DNA of 64,000 nucleotides from Patescibacteria group bacterium (GTDB lineage Bacteria; Patescibacteriota; Patescibacteriia; JAHIZJ01). Below are positions 50,777 through 60,728 of the stretch, one piece after another. The stretch spans positions 179,814 through 243,813 of the forward strand of contig JAQTMH010000001.1 of assembly GCA_028714495.1 (NCBI GenBank), in the 5' to 3' direction. Numbering within the stretch: the stretch's first letter is position 1; each line of letters starts with the position of its first letter. Under the pieces are notes generated by a model. The model was not told the origin of the DNA. It ran no database searches and worked only from the letters and a program-made list of their open reading frames with translations. Made by a program: the position numbers and the translations under genes.

Positions 50777-51232
50777 TTAGAAGATGCTCTCTTGAAAACG
50801 AAATTCAATTTTGTCGCCGGCCTGAACTAACTGCTGATCAGCTCCGACCTGGGCTGACTCTCCATTGACATACAAAATCCAATACTTGTTATTTGTGCCA
50901 TTTTTCTGGCCGTTGATGCTTTCGATCAATACACCGGTGCTGTAGGATTTGGTTTCGTAGGCGAAAGATTTAAGCTTTGCCGCTCGTTCCAGAGTTTGAA
51001 GCGCGGTTTGGCCAGGCACCGGAGAGATGTTTTGATTGGTGATGTCATTGCCGTCATCGATAACCAGCTGAACATAATAACCCTGAGTTTCCGCTCCAGC
51101 TACCTTGCCTCGATCTTGAGGCTTTAGAGCGGCTAGTTCTGGTTGGGGTAGAGCTGACATGCTGTACATTAGAACCCCAGACACCAGGGCTGAAACGACT
51201 AACACTAACATTGATAATTGTGATTTTTTCAT
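50777..51232 (-). CDS. DUF4430/transcobalamin-like C-terminal domain protein
   Basis: G.LIESING..N....YW..YVNG..A.VGA......GD.I.F. Confidence 0.85.
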   Translation of the reverse strand: MKKSQLSMLVLVVSALVSGVLMYSMSALPQPELAALKPQDRGKVAGAETQGYYVQLVIDDGNDITNQNISPVPGQTALQTLERAAKLKSFAYETKSYSTGVLIESINGQKNGTNNKYWILYVNGESAQVGADQQLVQAGDKIEFRFQESIF

Positions 51233-51257
51233 ATTAGTTTTCTCTTAATTGTTAGGA

Positions 51258-51423
51258 TAGGACTTACGCGTTTGAGCCAAGTTCAAGGCAAAATGCGAGG
51301 ATTGGGCGAAGCCGTAGTGGAACTACGGTGAGTCCAACCGCAGCATTTTAACGCAGAAATTGGCCAAAGCCGATTGCGGGCGGGCTCTGCCCGCTCGAAA
51401 ATCGGCAAACGCGTAATGTTCTA
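51258..51423. mobile_element. MITE-like structured element copy 2
   Basis: TAGGACTTACGCGTTTGAG..CAAGTTC..AATGCGAGGATT..GCAGCATTTT..GAAATTGGCCAAAGCCG shared with 22142-22306; right TIR degenerate. Confidence 0.78.
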
Positions 51424-51484
51424 AATAAAAATCCCGAAACCTTCGGGATGGGCCATCTTTTCGACCGAAGATTGGCAATATTTA

Positions 51485-51670
51485 ATAGGGTATCCTGACT
51501 TATGGAGGAATTGCTCGTTGCGCCTTCCCACCCAGCCCATCACGATAGGCTGGACAGTGGCTTTTCACAACTTGCTTCTCCACTTACAGTGGCGGGACCG
51601 CGCTGGATTTTCACCAGCTTCCCCTTATATGTCTAATTGTTAATAAACTGCGACTTGACCTGTTGTTTTT
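51485..51670 (-). ncRNA. cobalamin (AdoCbl) riboswitch
   Basis: AGGGGAAGCTGGTGAAAATCCAGCGCGGTCCCGCCACTGTAA...AAGCCACTG...GGGAAGGC...AAGTCAGGATACC. Confidence 0.93.
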
Positions 51671-51785
51671 TAATTCTAGTCTAAGCGTATTATGATGTCA
51701 AATTAGAATTCAAAATTCTAAATGTTAAATCATTGTTTCCGCCTCTCGACCCTGCTCTAGGCGGCTTCCTTCATTTTTAATTCTC

Positions 51786-52319
51786 TTAATAATCTATCCC
51801 GGGCTGGGCCAGAATACCCTTTCGAAACGGGTGCTTGATTTCTTTCATTTCGGTAACCAGGTCAGCCATTTTAATCACTCTGGGGTGGGCGCGGCGGCCG
51901 GTCAGGACTAAAGTCAACGAGTTGGGTTTATGTTTGATGAGATCGATAACTTTATTGAGCGGGATAAGCTTGCCAGCGACTGCGCCGTTTATTTCATCGA
52001 GTATTAATACATCGCACCGCTTAAGCCAATGCCTGGCCTCGCGGAAAGCCGCCCGAGCGGCCTTTTGATGCGCTGACAACGGCTGAGTGTCCTTTTGGAT
52101 CCCGACATAACCTCGACCCAGGGCCCTGATAATAAATCTTGGTTTCAGGCGCTGGGCAATTTTCATCTCTCCAGACTCTTTGGCGGATTTTACGAACTGC
52201 ACCATGGCCACCTTTTTATTATAGGCAGCCGCGCGCAGGGCTAAACCCAGAGCCGCGGTGGTTTTTCCCTTGCCCTGGCCGGTGTAAACGATTGTAAGCC
52301 CCCCGGGTTTTTTGGCCAT
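51786..52319 (-). CDS. btuR: cob(I)alamin adenosyltransferase
   Basis: VYTG.GKGKTTAALGLALRA, QF.K, ILDEI, LVLTGR.A, ADLVTEM..IKHP. Confidence 0.95.
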   Translation of the reverse strand: MAKKPGGLTIVYTGQGKGKTTAALGLALRAAAYNKKVAMVQFVKSAKESGEMKIAQRLKPRFIIRALGRGYVGIQKDTQPLSAHQKAARAAFREARHWLKRCDVLILDEINGAVAGKLIPLNKVIDLIKHKPNSLTLVLTGRRAHPRVIKMADLVTEMKEIKHPFRKGILAQPGIDY

Positions 52320-52324
52320 AGCAT

Positions 52325-54613
52325 CTATGAAATACTGCAAGCTGAAAAGCCGCAGCCGGGACAGCTCATGCAGCCTTCTTTGATTTCAAGACGTGAGCCG
52401 CATTCTGGGCACTTATCCTTATCCACCATCTCACCCAAGGTCACCTCTTGTTTGATCGAACGGGTGCCGACAGAATCATCCTCCTTTTTCTTTTCCTCGG
52501 CGCCAATATTCAGCACCTGGGTTTCGCGGCTGCGATCGCGGTAAATAGTCACCCCCTTGCAACCAAGCTTGTAGGCTAAGAGGTAGACTTTTTCAACGTC
52601 ATCGATCGTGGCGTTGTGCGGAAAATTCACCGTCTTGGATACGGCATTGTCAGTATATTTCTGAAAAGCCGCCTGCATTTTAATATGGTCTTCGGGAGTG
52701 ATGTCATGAGCCGTTACGAAAACCTTCCGGACTTTTTCCGGTATTTCGGTGAATGACTGAATTGTGCCTTTTTCGGCGATTTTCCGCATCAATTCGTCGC
52801 TGTAAAAACCCTCGTCTTTCGCCACCCTTTCAAAATAGGGATTAACTTCGATCAGAGTATCGCCTGAATCGAGGATATTTTTCCGGACATAGGATATGGC
52901 AAATAACGGTTCGATGCCGGAAGAACATCCGGCGATGATGGAAATGGTGCCGGTGGGCGCGATGGTAGTCCGGGTGGAATTGCGGATTTTCTTGCCTTTT
53001 TTATCAGAGGCGTAAATGCTTTGGGTAAAGCTCGGAAAGGCGCCCCGAACATCCGCTAATTCTTCTGACATGGTCCGGGCTTCCCGGTTGACAAACTGCA
53101 TTATTTTTTCGCCCAGCTTCAAAGCCTCGGACGAGTTATAAGGCACCTCAAGTTGAACCAAAAGGTCGGCAAAGCCCATTATACCCAGGCCGATTTTCCG
53201 GTTCTTTTCCACCATTTCTTCAATCTGGGACAAGGGGAAACGGTTCATGTCAATTACGTTATCCAGAAAATGGGTCGCCGTGCGGACCGTGCGCCTGAGC
53301 GCGTCCCAATCAATTTCTTTCTTATCCGTTACTATCTTCGCCAAGTTAATTGAGCCAAGATTGCATGATTCAAAAGGCAGAAGCGGCTGCTCACCGCAGG
53401 GATTCGTTGACTCAATCTCGCCGATGGCCGGCGTTGGATTATGCCGGTTCATCTGGTCAATGAAGATTATTCCGGGATCGCCGTTTTTCCAGGCCATCGT
53501 AGTCATCAAATCAAAAACCTTGCTGGCTGAAATCTTTTTTGAAACTAATTTATTGCGGGGATTGATCAGTTCATAATCGCGGTCTTTCTCGACCGCTTTC
53601 ATAAATTCCTCGGTCACGGCCACTGAAATATTGAAATTATTCAGTTCCTGATTATTTTCCTTGCAGGTGATAAATTCGAAAATGTCCGGGTGATCAACTC
53701 TAATAATGCCCATGTTGGCTCCCCGCCTGGTACCGCCCTGTTTGACCGCTTCCGTGGCCGCGTTAAAAACCCGCATGAAGGAAATCGGGCCCGAGGCTAC
53801 CCCACCGGTTGATTTTACGATATCGCCCTTGGGTCGAAGCCGCGTAAAAGAAAAACCCGTGCCGCCGCCGCTTTGGTGGATCAAGGCCGTGTTTTTTATT
53901 GCTTCGAAAATGCTCGACATGTCATCGTCGACCGGCAGGACAAAACAGCCGGCCAATTGCTGGAGATCGCGGCCGGCGTTCATCAACGTCGGCGAATTCG
54001 GCAAAAATTCAAAGTTGCTCATCACCCGATAAAATTCCTTGGCCGTATCCTCAATATTCACGTCCTGGTGGTAGAGCGTTTTGTAGAGATTGTCGGCGTA
54101 AGCAATGTTATTGGCAACACGCTTAAACATTTCTTCGGGCGATTCCGTAATCTTGCCCTGTTCGTCCTTGCTCAAATACCTCTTTTGCAAAACCACCATG
54201 GCGTTGGGCGTGGATTTCACCTTGACCTGGTATTCCTGCAGCATTTTGCGGGCTTCGCGGATTTCCTTGTGCTTCTGACGGTAAATGATGTACGCTTTGG
54301 CCACTTTAAATAGGCTGCTGCGAACCAATATTTCCTCAACAATATCCTGCACCCCCTCGACTGCCGGAATCGCCCCAGCCGGCAATCGTTCAACTAAAAT
54401 GGTTACCGCTTCATCAGCCAGCCTGCGAGCCAAGGATTTATTCAGCTCATTGACCGAGATCATCGCTTTTTGGATGGCCAGGGCTATTTTATTATGGTCA
54501 AAGGGGACAACCTGGCCGTCACGCTTGCGAATTTCCTTCGGCATTTGCTTAAATCTTTTACTCAGAAGCCGGGTGGCGAAGTTTGTGGGTTGAGAAGTAG
54601 CTGTTTCTTTCAT
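52325..54613 (-). CDS. nrdJ: class II (adenosylcobalamin-dependent) ribonucleotide reductase with ATP cone
   Basis: ATP cone; PNSPTLMNAG, GGGTG, RRGANM, TNPCGEQPL, TIAPTGT, C-terminal CPEC..C..CG.S.C. Confidence 0.93.
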   Translation of the reverse strand: MKETATSQPTNFATRLLSKRFKQMPKEIRKRDGQVVPFDHNKIALAIQKAMISVNELNKSLARRLADEAVTILVERLPAGAIPAVEGVQDIVEEILVRSSLFKVAKAYIIYRQKHKEIREARKMLQEYQVKVKSTPNAMVVLQKRYLSKDEQGKITESPEEMFKRVANNIAYADNLYKTLYHQDVNIEDTAKEFYRVMSNFEFLPNSPTLMNAGRDLQQLAGCFVLPVDDDMSSIFEAIKNTALIHQSGGGTGFSFTRLRPKGDIVKSTGGVASGPISFMRVFNAATEAVKQGGTRRGANMGIIRVDHPDIFEFITCKENNQELNNFNISVAVTEEFMKAVEKDRDYELINPRNKLVSKKISASKVFDLMTTMAWKNGDPGIIFIDQMNRHNPTPAIGEIESTNPCGEQPLLPFESCNLGSINLAKIVTDKKEIDWDALRRTVRTATHFLDNVIDMNRFPLSQIEEMVEKNRKIGLGIMGFADLLVQLEVPYNSSEALKLGEKIMQFVNREARTMSEELADVRGAFPSFTQSIYASDKKGKKIRNSTRTTIAPTGTISIIAGCSSGIEPLFAISYVRKNILDSGDTLIEVNPYFERVAKDEGFYSDELMRKIAEKGTIQSFTEIPEKVRKVFVTAHDITPEDHIKMQAAFQKYTDNAVSKTVNFPHNATIDDVEKVYLLAYKLGCKGVTIYRDRSRETQVLNIGAEEKKKEDDSVGTRSIKQEVTLGEMVDKDKCPECGSRLEIKEGCMSCPGCGFSACSIS

Positions 54614-54621
54614 ATATTTAG

Positions 54622-55077
54622 TTATTTATCGGCTTTTTTTAATTTATCAATCTCCGAATCAAAAGTCTGCAGATCAGGGAAGGATTTATAAACCGAGGCG
54701 AATCTTAAATAGGCGACCGGATCCAGTTCTTTCAGCTTATCAATCACTATTTGGCCGATCTTTTGACTCGAAATTTGGCCGCCGCCGATTTTCTGGATCT
54801 CAATCTCAATCTGGGTAACCAGTTTTTGAATGTCCTCTTCGCTGAAAGGCCGCTTCTCGAGAGCCTTGCGAATGCCAGTCTCGAGCTTGACCCGCTTGTA
54901 AGCTTCGCGATTGCCGTCCTTCTTTATCACCTGGACGTCTAGGAGCACGATCCGCTCGTGGGTGGTGAAGCGAAAACGGCAGCTTAAACACTCCCGCCGG
55001 CGCCTGACCGTCATCTCGGCCGGAAAGACCCGGGAATCAACTACCTTAGTTTCAGCCTGACAGATGGGACACTGCAT
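54622..55077 (-). CDS. nrdR: transcriptional repressor NrdR
   Basis: CP.C...T.V.DSR, RRRREC..C..RFTT.E, VAYLRFASVY. Confidence 0.97.
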   Translation of the reverse strand: MQCPICQAETKVVDSRVFPAEMTVRRRRECLSCRFRFTTHERIVLLDVQVIKKDGNREAYKRVKLETGIRKALEKRPFSEEDIQKLVTQIEIEIQKIGGGQISSQKIGQIVIDKLKELDPVAYLRFASVYKSFPDLQTFDSEIDKLKKADK

Positions 55078-55390
55078 AAGGAATTAGATCCCCGATTAAA
55101 TCGGGGACAAGATTAAAAATGTAAAAATTAATAAATAATAAGGAAAATTCGGGACTTAATTGAAGAGCAAAAAAAATTAAGCGGTTCTTCTGCCAATTTC
55201 ACCCTGCCTCCCACATCTCGTGCTGTGTTTATCAGTATAGCACAATTGTTCAGCCAGTGAAAAAAACAGTTAGCTTTATTTTTGGCTTATTTCAGGCCAG
55301 TAAACAAACGATGTGTGTCGGAAAACAAAATGGTGTGGATAACTTGATTGCTACTAGAGCGGAAAGCTGGATTTTCTTCAACTGGGCAAT

Positions 55391-55648
55391 TCAGCGTTCA
55401 CCCACAATCTCCTTTAAGAGACATTTTCCGCCGGAGGTATGCTTTATTTCAATTTGGGCGTTATTGGCAATTGTGTTTTTGGCAAGCATTTTCAAATTAA
55501 AACGTAAATTGGCCGGAGTTATCTCCTCACCGTGATCCTTTACCTCACCCAAATCGATCACCAGCTTGGTGATTTTCTTAAGTTTCTTGGTTTTGGCTGT
55601 ATTCATGGCCGCTCCAAGAATATCCTGAGCCGCGTAGAGATCGTGCAT
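55391..55648 (-). CDS. hypA: HypA-like nickel metallochaperone lacking the zinc-finger insert
   Basis: MHD start, I..L...LG, L.F....LA..T....A..EI; no CxxC. Confidence 0.75.
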   Translation of the reverse strand: MHDLYAAQDILGAAMNTAKTKKLKKITKLVIDLGEVKDHGEEITPANLRFNLKMLAKNTIANNAQIEIKHTSGGKCLLKEIVGER

Positions 55649-55762
55649 AATATTTATCAATCAACTAATTAACAAATAAACAATATTCATAATTTGTTTT
55701 TCACGGGTTAATTGGTTGATTAGTAAATTAATGGGTGGCGCAGGTCATGCGACCACCTGCAG

Positions 55763-56137
55763 TCACCCCAATTCCTGATTTACTCTTCGCACGAGATCCG
55801 ATGGCGTGATTTGCGTTTTTACGATGAAATCTACAGCGCCGAGCCGCTCGCTTTGTAGCTTCATCTCCTTTTTGGCTAGATTTGTCAGCATGATGACCGG
55901 AATATCGCGCGTGACGTCGTCACTTTTCAGCTTTTTCAGCACTTCGACGCCGCTTTCATTTACCAGGATCAAATCCAGTAGGATAATGTCGGGTTTTTCA
56001 GACCTGGCGGCCGTTATTCCCTCCCCGCCGTTTCGCGCCGATATTAATACAAAACCTTCTTTTTCAAACTTAAATCGGTACATATTAATCTGATCCTGAT
56101 CGTCTTCAATGAGTAAAATCTTGCATGTATTTGTCAT
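55763..56137 (-). CDS. stand-alone response regulator receiver
   Basis: LLIEDD, PDIILLDL, PVIMLTN, GA.DFIVK. Confidence 0.93.
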   Translation of the reverse strand: MTNTCKILLIEDDQDQINMYRFKFEKEGFVLISARNGGEGITAARSEKPDIILLDLILVNESGVEVLKKLKSDDVTRDIPVIMLTNLAKKEMKLQSERLGAVDFIVKTQITPSDLVRRVNQELG

Positions 56138-56149
56138 TATTGTAGTCAG

Positions 56150-57373
56150 TTAGTGGGTAACGGGAACTGACTGATTACTCTTGGGCAGTGCATTTACTTG
56201 TTTATCCGGTCGGGCAATCGGCAGGCTGATATATATGTTCGTACCCTTTTTCAATTCACTTTCCGCCCATACCTTACCGTAATGGCCTTCGACGATCGCT
56301 TTTACGATAAACAAACCCAGACCGCTGCCGTCCGTGTACATGGCCGTGGCATTTTCCGCCCGGGCAAACTTATGAAACAACTTGCCGATCTCTTCCTTCG
56401 GGATGCCAATACCATTATCACTGACACAAACTATGATGTTTTCCCGTTCCTTCTTAACCGTAACCCTGACTACGCCTTTTTGCTGGCGTGTTGCTCTAGC
56501 CTCTTTGACCATCGCGGTGGACGGCGTGTATTTCAGCGCGTTACTAATCAAATTGTACACCGCTTGTTCCAAATACTTCGCTTCCCCCCGTATCATTGGC
56601 AGAGGCCTCTTCGGCTTCTGCCATCGCAGATCGATTTCCCGCTGTTTGGCTTCCAGCCGTGAGTTTTTCACTGCCTCATCTACTACGTCTTCCATGTGGA
56701 TAACGAGCGAATCCGTTTTGATGGAGAATTTATTGGCATCAAATTCCGAAGCGCAAAGAATGTCATTGATGATCATTTCCAGCTTTGTGCTTTTGTCCCT
56801 AACGCCTTGGAGGAATTCCCGCTGTTTGGCCTTGGGCAGGTCGTCCATATCTCCGTCCAGAATCATCGAAATCACTCCTTTGATGACCGACACGGGGGTG
56901 CGCAGCTGGTGGGAAGAGATATCGAGAAACTCCGATTGGGTACGAAGCATTTTTTGGAGATGTTTATTCTTTTCTTTGATGTCTTTGGTTTGGTCGCTGA
57001 CTTTTTGTTTCAAAGTCTCCGTTAATTCTATAAAGGCTTTTTTGGCTTTTCTTTCCGAAAAATTAGCCACAATTATACTTTCCGTGCTCCGGTCAAAATA
57101 ATATCCATAGACAATAATCAACACAAAAAGAGAAATAACCAGCGGTTCTGATATTTTTCTTTCGATCAAAAAGGAAGTGAGCAGCAGCGCGACGACCAAT
57201 ATCGAACTAATAAGCAAAAAGCGGGCGAACAAACATTTTTTGAATGCCAATTCACAATAGCGGCAACGTTTGGTAGGTGGTCCGTTGACGTTATTGGCCA
57301 GCCAACAGTTTTTATTGATATACCCCGCGCAGCCTAATTCCTTGCCAGTTTGCGCCCCTTGATTAGTCCCCAT
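56150..57373 (-). CDS. sensor histidine kinase with Cys-rich N-terminus
   Basis: SHQLRTP, NLISNALKYT, DNGIGIP, GSGLGLFI. Confidence 0.93.
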   Translation of the reverse strand: MGTNQGAQTGKELGCAGYINKNCWLANNVNGPPTKRCRYCELAFKKCLFARFLLISSILVVALLLTSFLIERKISEPLVISLFVLIIVYGYYFDRSTESIIVANFSERKAKKAFIELTETLKQKVSDQTKDIKEKNKHLQKMLRTQSEFLDISSHQLRTPVSVIKGVISMILDGDMDDLPKAKQREFLQGVRDKSTKLEMIINDILCASEFDANKFSIKTDSLVIHMEDVVDEAVKNSRLEAKQREIDLRWQKPKRPLPMIRGEAKYLEQAVYNLISNALKYTPSTAMVKEARATRQQKGVVRVTVKKERENIIVCVSDNGIGIPKEEIGKLFHKFARAENATAMYTDGSGLGLFIVKAIVEGHYGKVWAESELKKGTNIYISLPIARPDKQVNALPKSNQSVPVTH

Positions 57374-57806
57374 GTGCGCCGCGCTTAGTTAGCTTCTTGA
57401 AAAGCACGTACATAAGAGCGGCCAGACAAACATTGGCAAAACTTGCCAAGAGCGTCAGAAAAGACACCAACAAATCTAAACCCCAGGCAAACGTGGTAGA
57501 TTTGCCGTAATAGAGAAGAACAAACGATATCAGAAAAAGGGTTGCCGTAAATCCGTAGACGAACCTTAGTTCTCCCGGATCTTTTCCGATCGGCGTCTGG
57601 CTATGTTTCAGCACGTTTTTGGAAAACAAACTGTATAATTGATACAGAATGTTAAATTTCATCGAAAACACTCCAAATAAAAACAACAGGCCGGTTATGA
57701 GTACCAGCCAGATATTATGAATCAAGAAAGCGATCAGGGCTAAAAAACCGCACGTGGCCCTGAAAAAGTTCAAGGCGCGATTGTCGTAGATTTCGCATTG
57801 TGACAT
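57363..57806 (-). CDS. DUF4395-like membrane protein
   Basis: D.RA..F, P...RF, LAS....CL...MY. Confidence 0.65.
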   Translation of the reverse strand: MSQCEIYDNRALNFFRATCGFLALIAFLIHNIWLVLITGLLFLFGVFSMKFNILYQLYSLFSKNVLKHSQTPIGKDPGELRFVYGFTATLFLISFVLLYYGKSTTFAWGLDLLVSFLTLLASFANVCLAALMYVLFKKLTKRGAHGD

Positions 57807-57839
57807 GGTGTTTTTTTAAAAAAATTACTTATGTTTATA

Positions 57840-59165
57840 TTAGGGCTGAACACATTTTTTCACGGCGGAACACGCCTTTCTTACGTCCTCAAGGTCGTTA
57901 TAAACGTAAAAACTCAGCCGGCAACTCGCGGCCGGATCTAAACCGTAATAATGGTGCGCTAACGTCGCGCAATGGCAACCGGCCCTGGATTCCACGCCCC
58001 TGGCGCTTAATTCCTCGGCGATGGCAAACGGACTTTTGCCGGCGCAAGTGAAAGCAACCAAGGAGGTTCTGTGCGCTGGGTTTTTGGGACCAAATATACG
58101 CAAAGACGGCAGTTGTTCTAACATCCCCAGAGCCTCTGTTATCAACATAGTCTCGTGTTCTTCTACCGCCTTCATCGCCTCCTCAACGGCCGGCGCTTCC
58201 AGGGCTTTCTTGGTCATGAAATAATTTTTCTTTCCGGGATTTAAACTAAAATCCATGAGCAGTCGTATGGCTTGGGCCGAGAGAATCGTTCCTAAAATAT
58301 TGGGCGTGCCGGCCGTAAATTTCCAGGGAAGCTGGTTATACATTACCTTTTCGGGGCTGACCTGTCCCTCGGCGATCATGTCACCGCCATAGAGAAACGG
58401 CCTCATTTTCTCAAGCAGCTCCTGCCTGGCATATAGAGCACCAACTCCGAAAGGCGCCAGCATTTTATGAAAAGACCAAACAAAAAAATCAACGTCCAGC
58501 TGACTGACATTTACAAACATATTCGGAACAACTTGAGCTCCATCAATCAAGAGGTAAGATTTTTTTTCTCCATTCGGCTGAACATATCCGCTGGCGTCGG
58601 CAATGGCTCTTATTTTTTTCATGGGATTTTTCGTTCCTAAAAAATTCGATGCTCCGACGCAACAAACCAACTTGGTTCTCTCGTCAACCAACGACTTCAA
58701 GTGGTCAAGATCGAGTTCACCCGTTTCTTTATCGAATTTTGCGATTCTGCATTCTACATTAATTCCAAACTTTGGCAGTATTTCTTTGGATAGCGCATAC
58801 CATGGAACATAATTTGAATTATGCTCCATAAATGTCGTCACGACATTGTCCCCGTCTTTGAACTCAGTCATTAAAGAATACATGACTGAATTTATCGCCT
58901 CAGTCGCGTTTCTGTATAAAATAATATTTTTTCTCGACGGAGCGCCGATAAACTGAGCGATGGTATCATAAGAAGACTCAAACTCTTCGGTAGTCAGGAT
59001 CGAAGATTGCGACTGGCCACGATGGACATTGTCATATCGTACGATAAGTTTTTTCAATAAATCAAATAATTGTATCGGGACTTGCGTACTAGCAGCGTTA
59101 TTTGTAAGAATTCTTCCAGATTTTATCGCCGGGAAAAATTTTCTTATCTTTTTGGTTTCGATCAT
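57840..59165 (-). CDS. sufS: SufS-like cysteine desulfurase (class V PLP enzyme)
   Basis: NAAST, NVHRG, MEHNSN, DGAQ, S.HKM, GTPN, RAGCHCA. Confidence 0.85.
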   Translation of the reverse strand: MIETKKIRKFFPAIKSGRILTNNAASTQVPIQLFDLLKKLIVRYDNVHRGQSQSSILTTEEFESSYDTIAQFIGAPSRKNIILYRNATEAINSVMYSLMTEFKDGDNVVTTFMEHNSNYVPWYALSKEILPKFGINVECRIAKFDKETGELDLDHLKSLVDERTKLVCCVGASNFLGTKNPMKKIRAIADASGYVQPNGEKKSYLLIDGAQVVPNMFVNVSQLDVDFFVWSFHKMLAPFGVGALYARQELLEKMRPFLYGGDMIAEGQVSPEKVMYNQLPWKFTAGTPNILGTILSAQAIRLLMDFSLNPGKKNYFMTKKALEAPAVEEAMKAVEEHETMLITEALGMLEQLPSLRIFGPKNPAHRTSLVAFTCAGKSPFAIAEELSARGVESRAGCHCATLAHHYYGLDPAASCRLSFYVYNDLEDVRKACSAVKKCVQP

Positions 59166-59468
59166 GGGTCGGTTATTTTTTATTCCTTTTTAATACTCTA
59201 AGCAGCTTGATTTTAATACTCCAGAGCTGTCAGTAGTACCTGTTTGCTGACGTTTCAGTTAAAAATCCTCCTAGATTTTCTACCTGATACGATAATTATA
59301 GCACAAAGTTGGCTAATTTTCAAGTCTTTTTCCCATTTTAAAAAATATCCTGCGCGACACAGGAGTCGTGTATGACAAGAAATTAAAAATTTAAATGAAT
59401 AATGAAATTAGTTCCGCGTTGCGGAATACAATAATTCTTCCTTCATAATTCTTAATTCTTCATTGTCT

Positions 59469-60719
59469 TCAATGGGTAGCGCAAGTCATGCAGGGATCAT
59501 AAGCCCGAATCAGTTTTTTAATGCTGGCGTGGCTGGCTGAATCATTGGTCTTGCCTTTTAAGAAAATCTTCAAATCAGCTTCCAGATTTGCCAGCATCTG
59601 GACAGTCGGGGTAATGATATTGCACTGACGGATAATTCCGTTTTTGTCGATTTCATAATAGTGGTAGAGCGTGCCGCGCGGGGCTTCAACCGCGCCCACC
59701 CCTTGGCCGGCTTTGAGTTTGTAGGCCTTGGCCGGCTGGGTCAATTCGCGCCTGGATAGGGGCTTTAAAAGCTTTTGAACTTCTTCAAGCGAGTGCATTA
59801 TCTCAATCAGCTGAGCGTAAATATTGTAGAAGTTGTTATAAATCGGCCGCGGGGGCAGGTATTTCAAGATTGATTTGGCCTTTGGATTCAGATTCTTTTC
59901 ATTCAAATGCAGTCTGGCCAGCGCGCCAACAAAATAACTCTTAGTTTTCCAAAAAGCTCGTTTCGACATTTCATATGGCCGCTGGATTTCCGTGACATCG
60001 TGTTCAAACTTACCGACTGGGATTTTTAAACCCTGGCTGGAAACGATCTGGTCGCCTTGATAAAAAGTGTATTTATGGCTATCCGTCAGAGCGTAAAATT
60101 CAGTCGGCCGGTTAAATTCGGGAAATTTTACTTTCCGATATACCTCTACCAAAGACCTGGCTTGATTGATTACCCGGGGAATGTCTTGAAGGATCTTTTT
60201 TATCTCGGCCTGAGTGGGAAGTTTTGTAAAGCCTCCAACTTTTGTCCTGAGCGGATGAATGCTCCGGCCGCCGAGCGTGGCAATCAGCCGGTTTCCAAAA
60301 TCACGGATTTTTAAGGCGTTAACCGTAGCTTCAGGAAAGCGCTTGCCCAGATCAAAGGCGTGCTTAAGGCCGAAATAATCACCCAAGGCCATAAAATAAG
60401 CGTGGAGGGCGTGACTTTGAATTGTCTGGCCCAATTCCATCACCTCGCGCAAAATAATATTCTGTGGAGAGAGCGTGATGCCCAGGGCGTTCTCCAGGGC
60501 TTTCAGCGAACAAAGGTTGTGCACCACCGGGCAAACTCCGCAAATCCTGGCGGTAATGAGCGGCGCCTCTTCGTAAGAGCGGCCAACTAAAATCGCCTCA
60601 ATCAAGCGGGCGCCTTCGTGAGTTTTTATCTTGGCTGATTTTATATCGCCGTTTTCAAGATCCGCTTCCAGACCGCCGTGGCCTTCGATTTTCGCGATGT
60701 GTTTTATGGTAATTTTCAT
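59469..60719 (-). CDS. [NiFe] hydrogenase large subunit (group 3b-like)
   Basis: IEGH, RICGVC (L1), EAPRG.L.H, DPCMTCATH (L2) at the C-terminus. Confidence 0.95.
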   Translation of the reverse strand: MKITIKHIAKIEGHGGLEADLENGDIKSAKIKTHEGARLIEAILVGRSYEEAPLITARICGVCPVVHNLCSLKALENALGITLSPQNIILREVMELGQTIQSHALHAYFMALGDYFGLKHAFDLGKRFPEATVNALKIRDFGNRLIATLGGRSIHPLRTKVGGFTKLPTQAEIKKILQDIPRVINQARSLVEVYRKVKFPEFNRPTEFYALTDSHKYTFYQGDQIVSSQGLKIPVGKFEHDVTEIQRPYEMSKRAFWKTKSYFVGALARLHLNEKNLNPKAKSILKYLPPRPIYNNFYNIYAQLIEIMHSLEEVQKLLKPLSRRELTQPAKAYKLKAGQGVGAVEAPRGTLYHYYEIDKNGIIRQCNIITPTVQMLANLEADLKIFLKGKTNDSASHASIKKLIRAYDPCMTCATH

Positions 60720-60728
60720 CTGGCTTGG

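Noticed and set aside
55205-55230. NrdR box upstream of nrdR
   Set aside because: Only a loose single match (CACGAGATGTGG), too weak to call.
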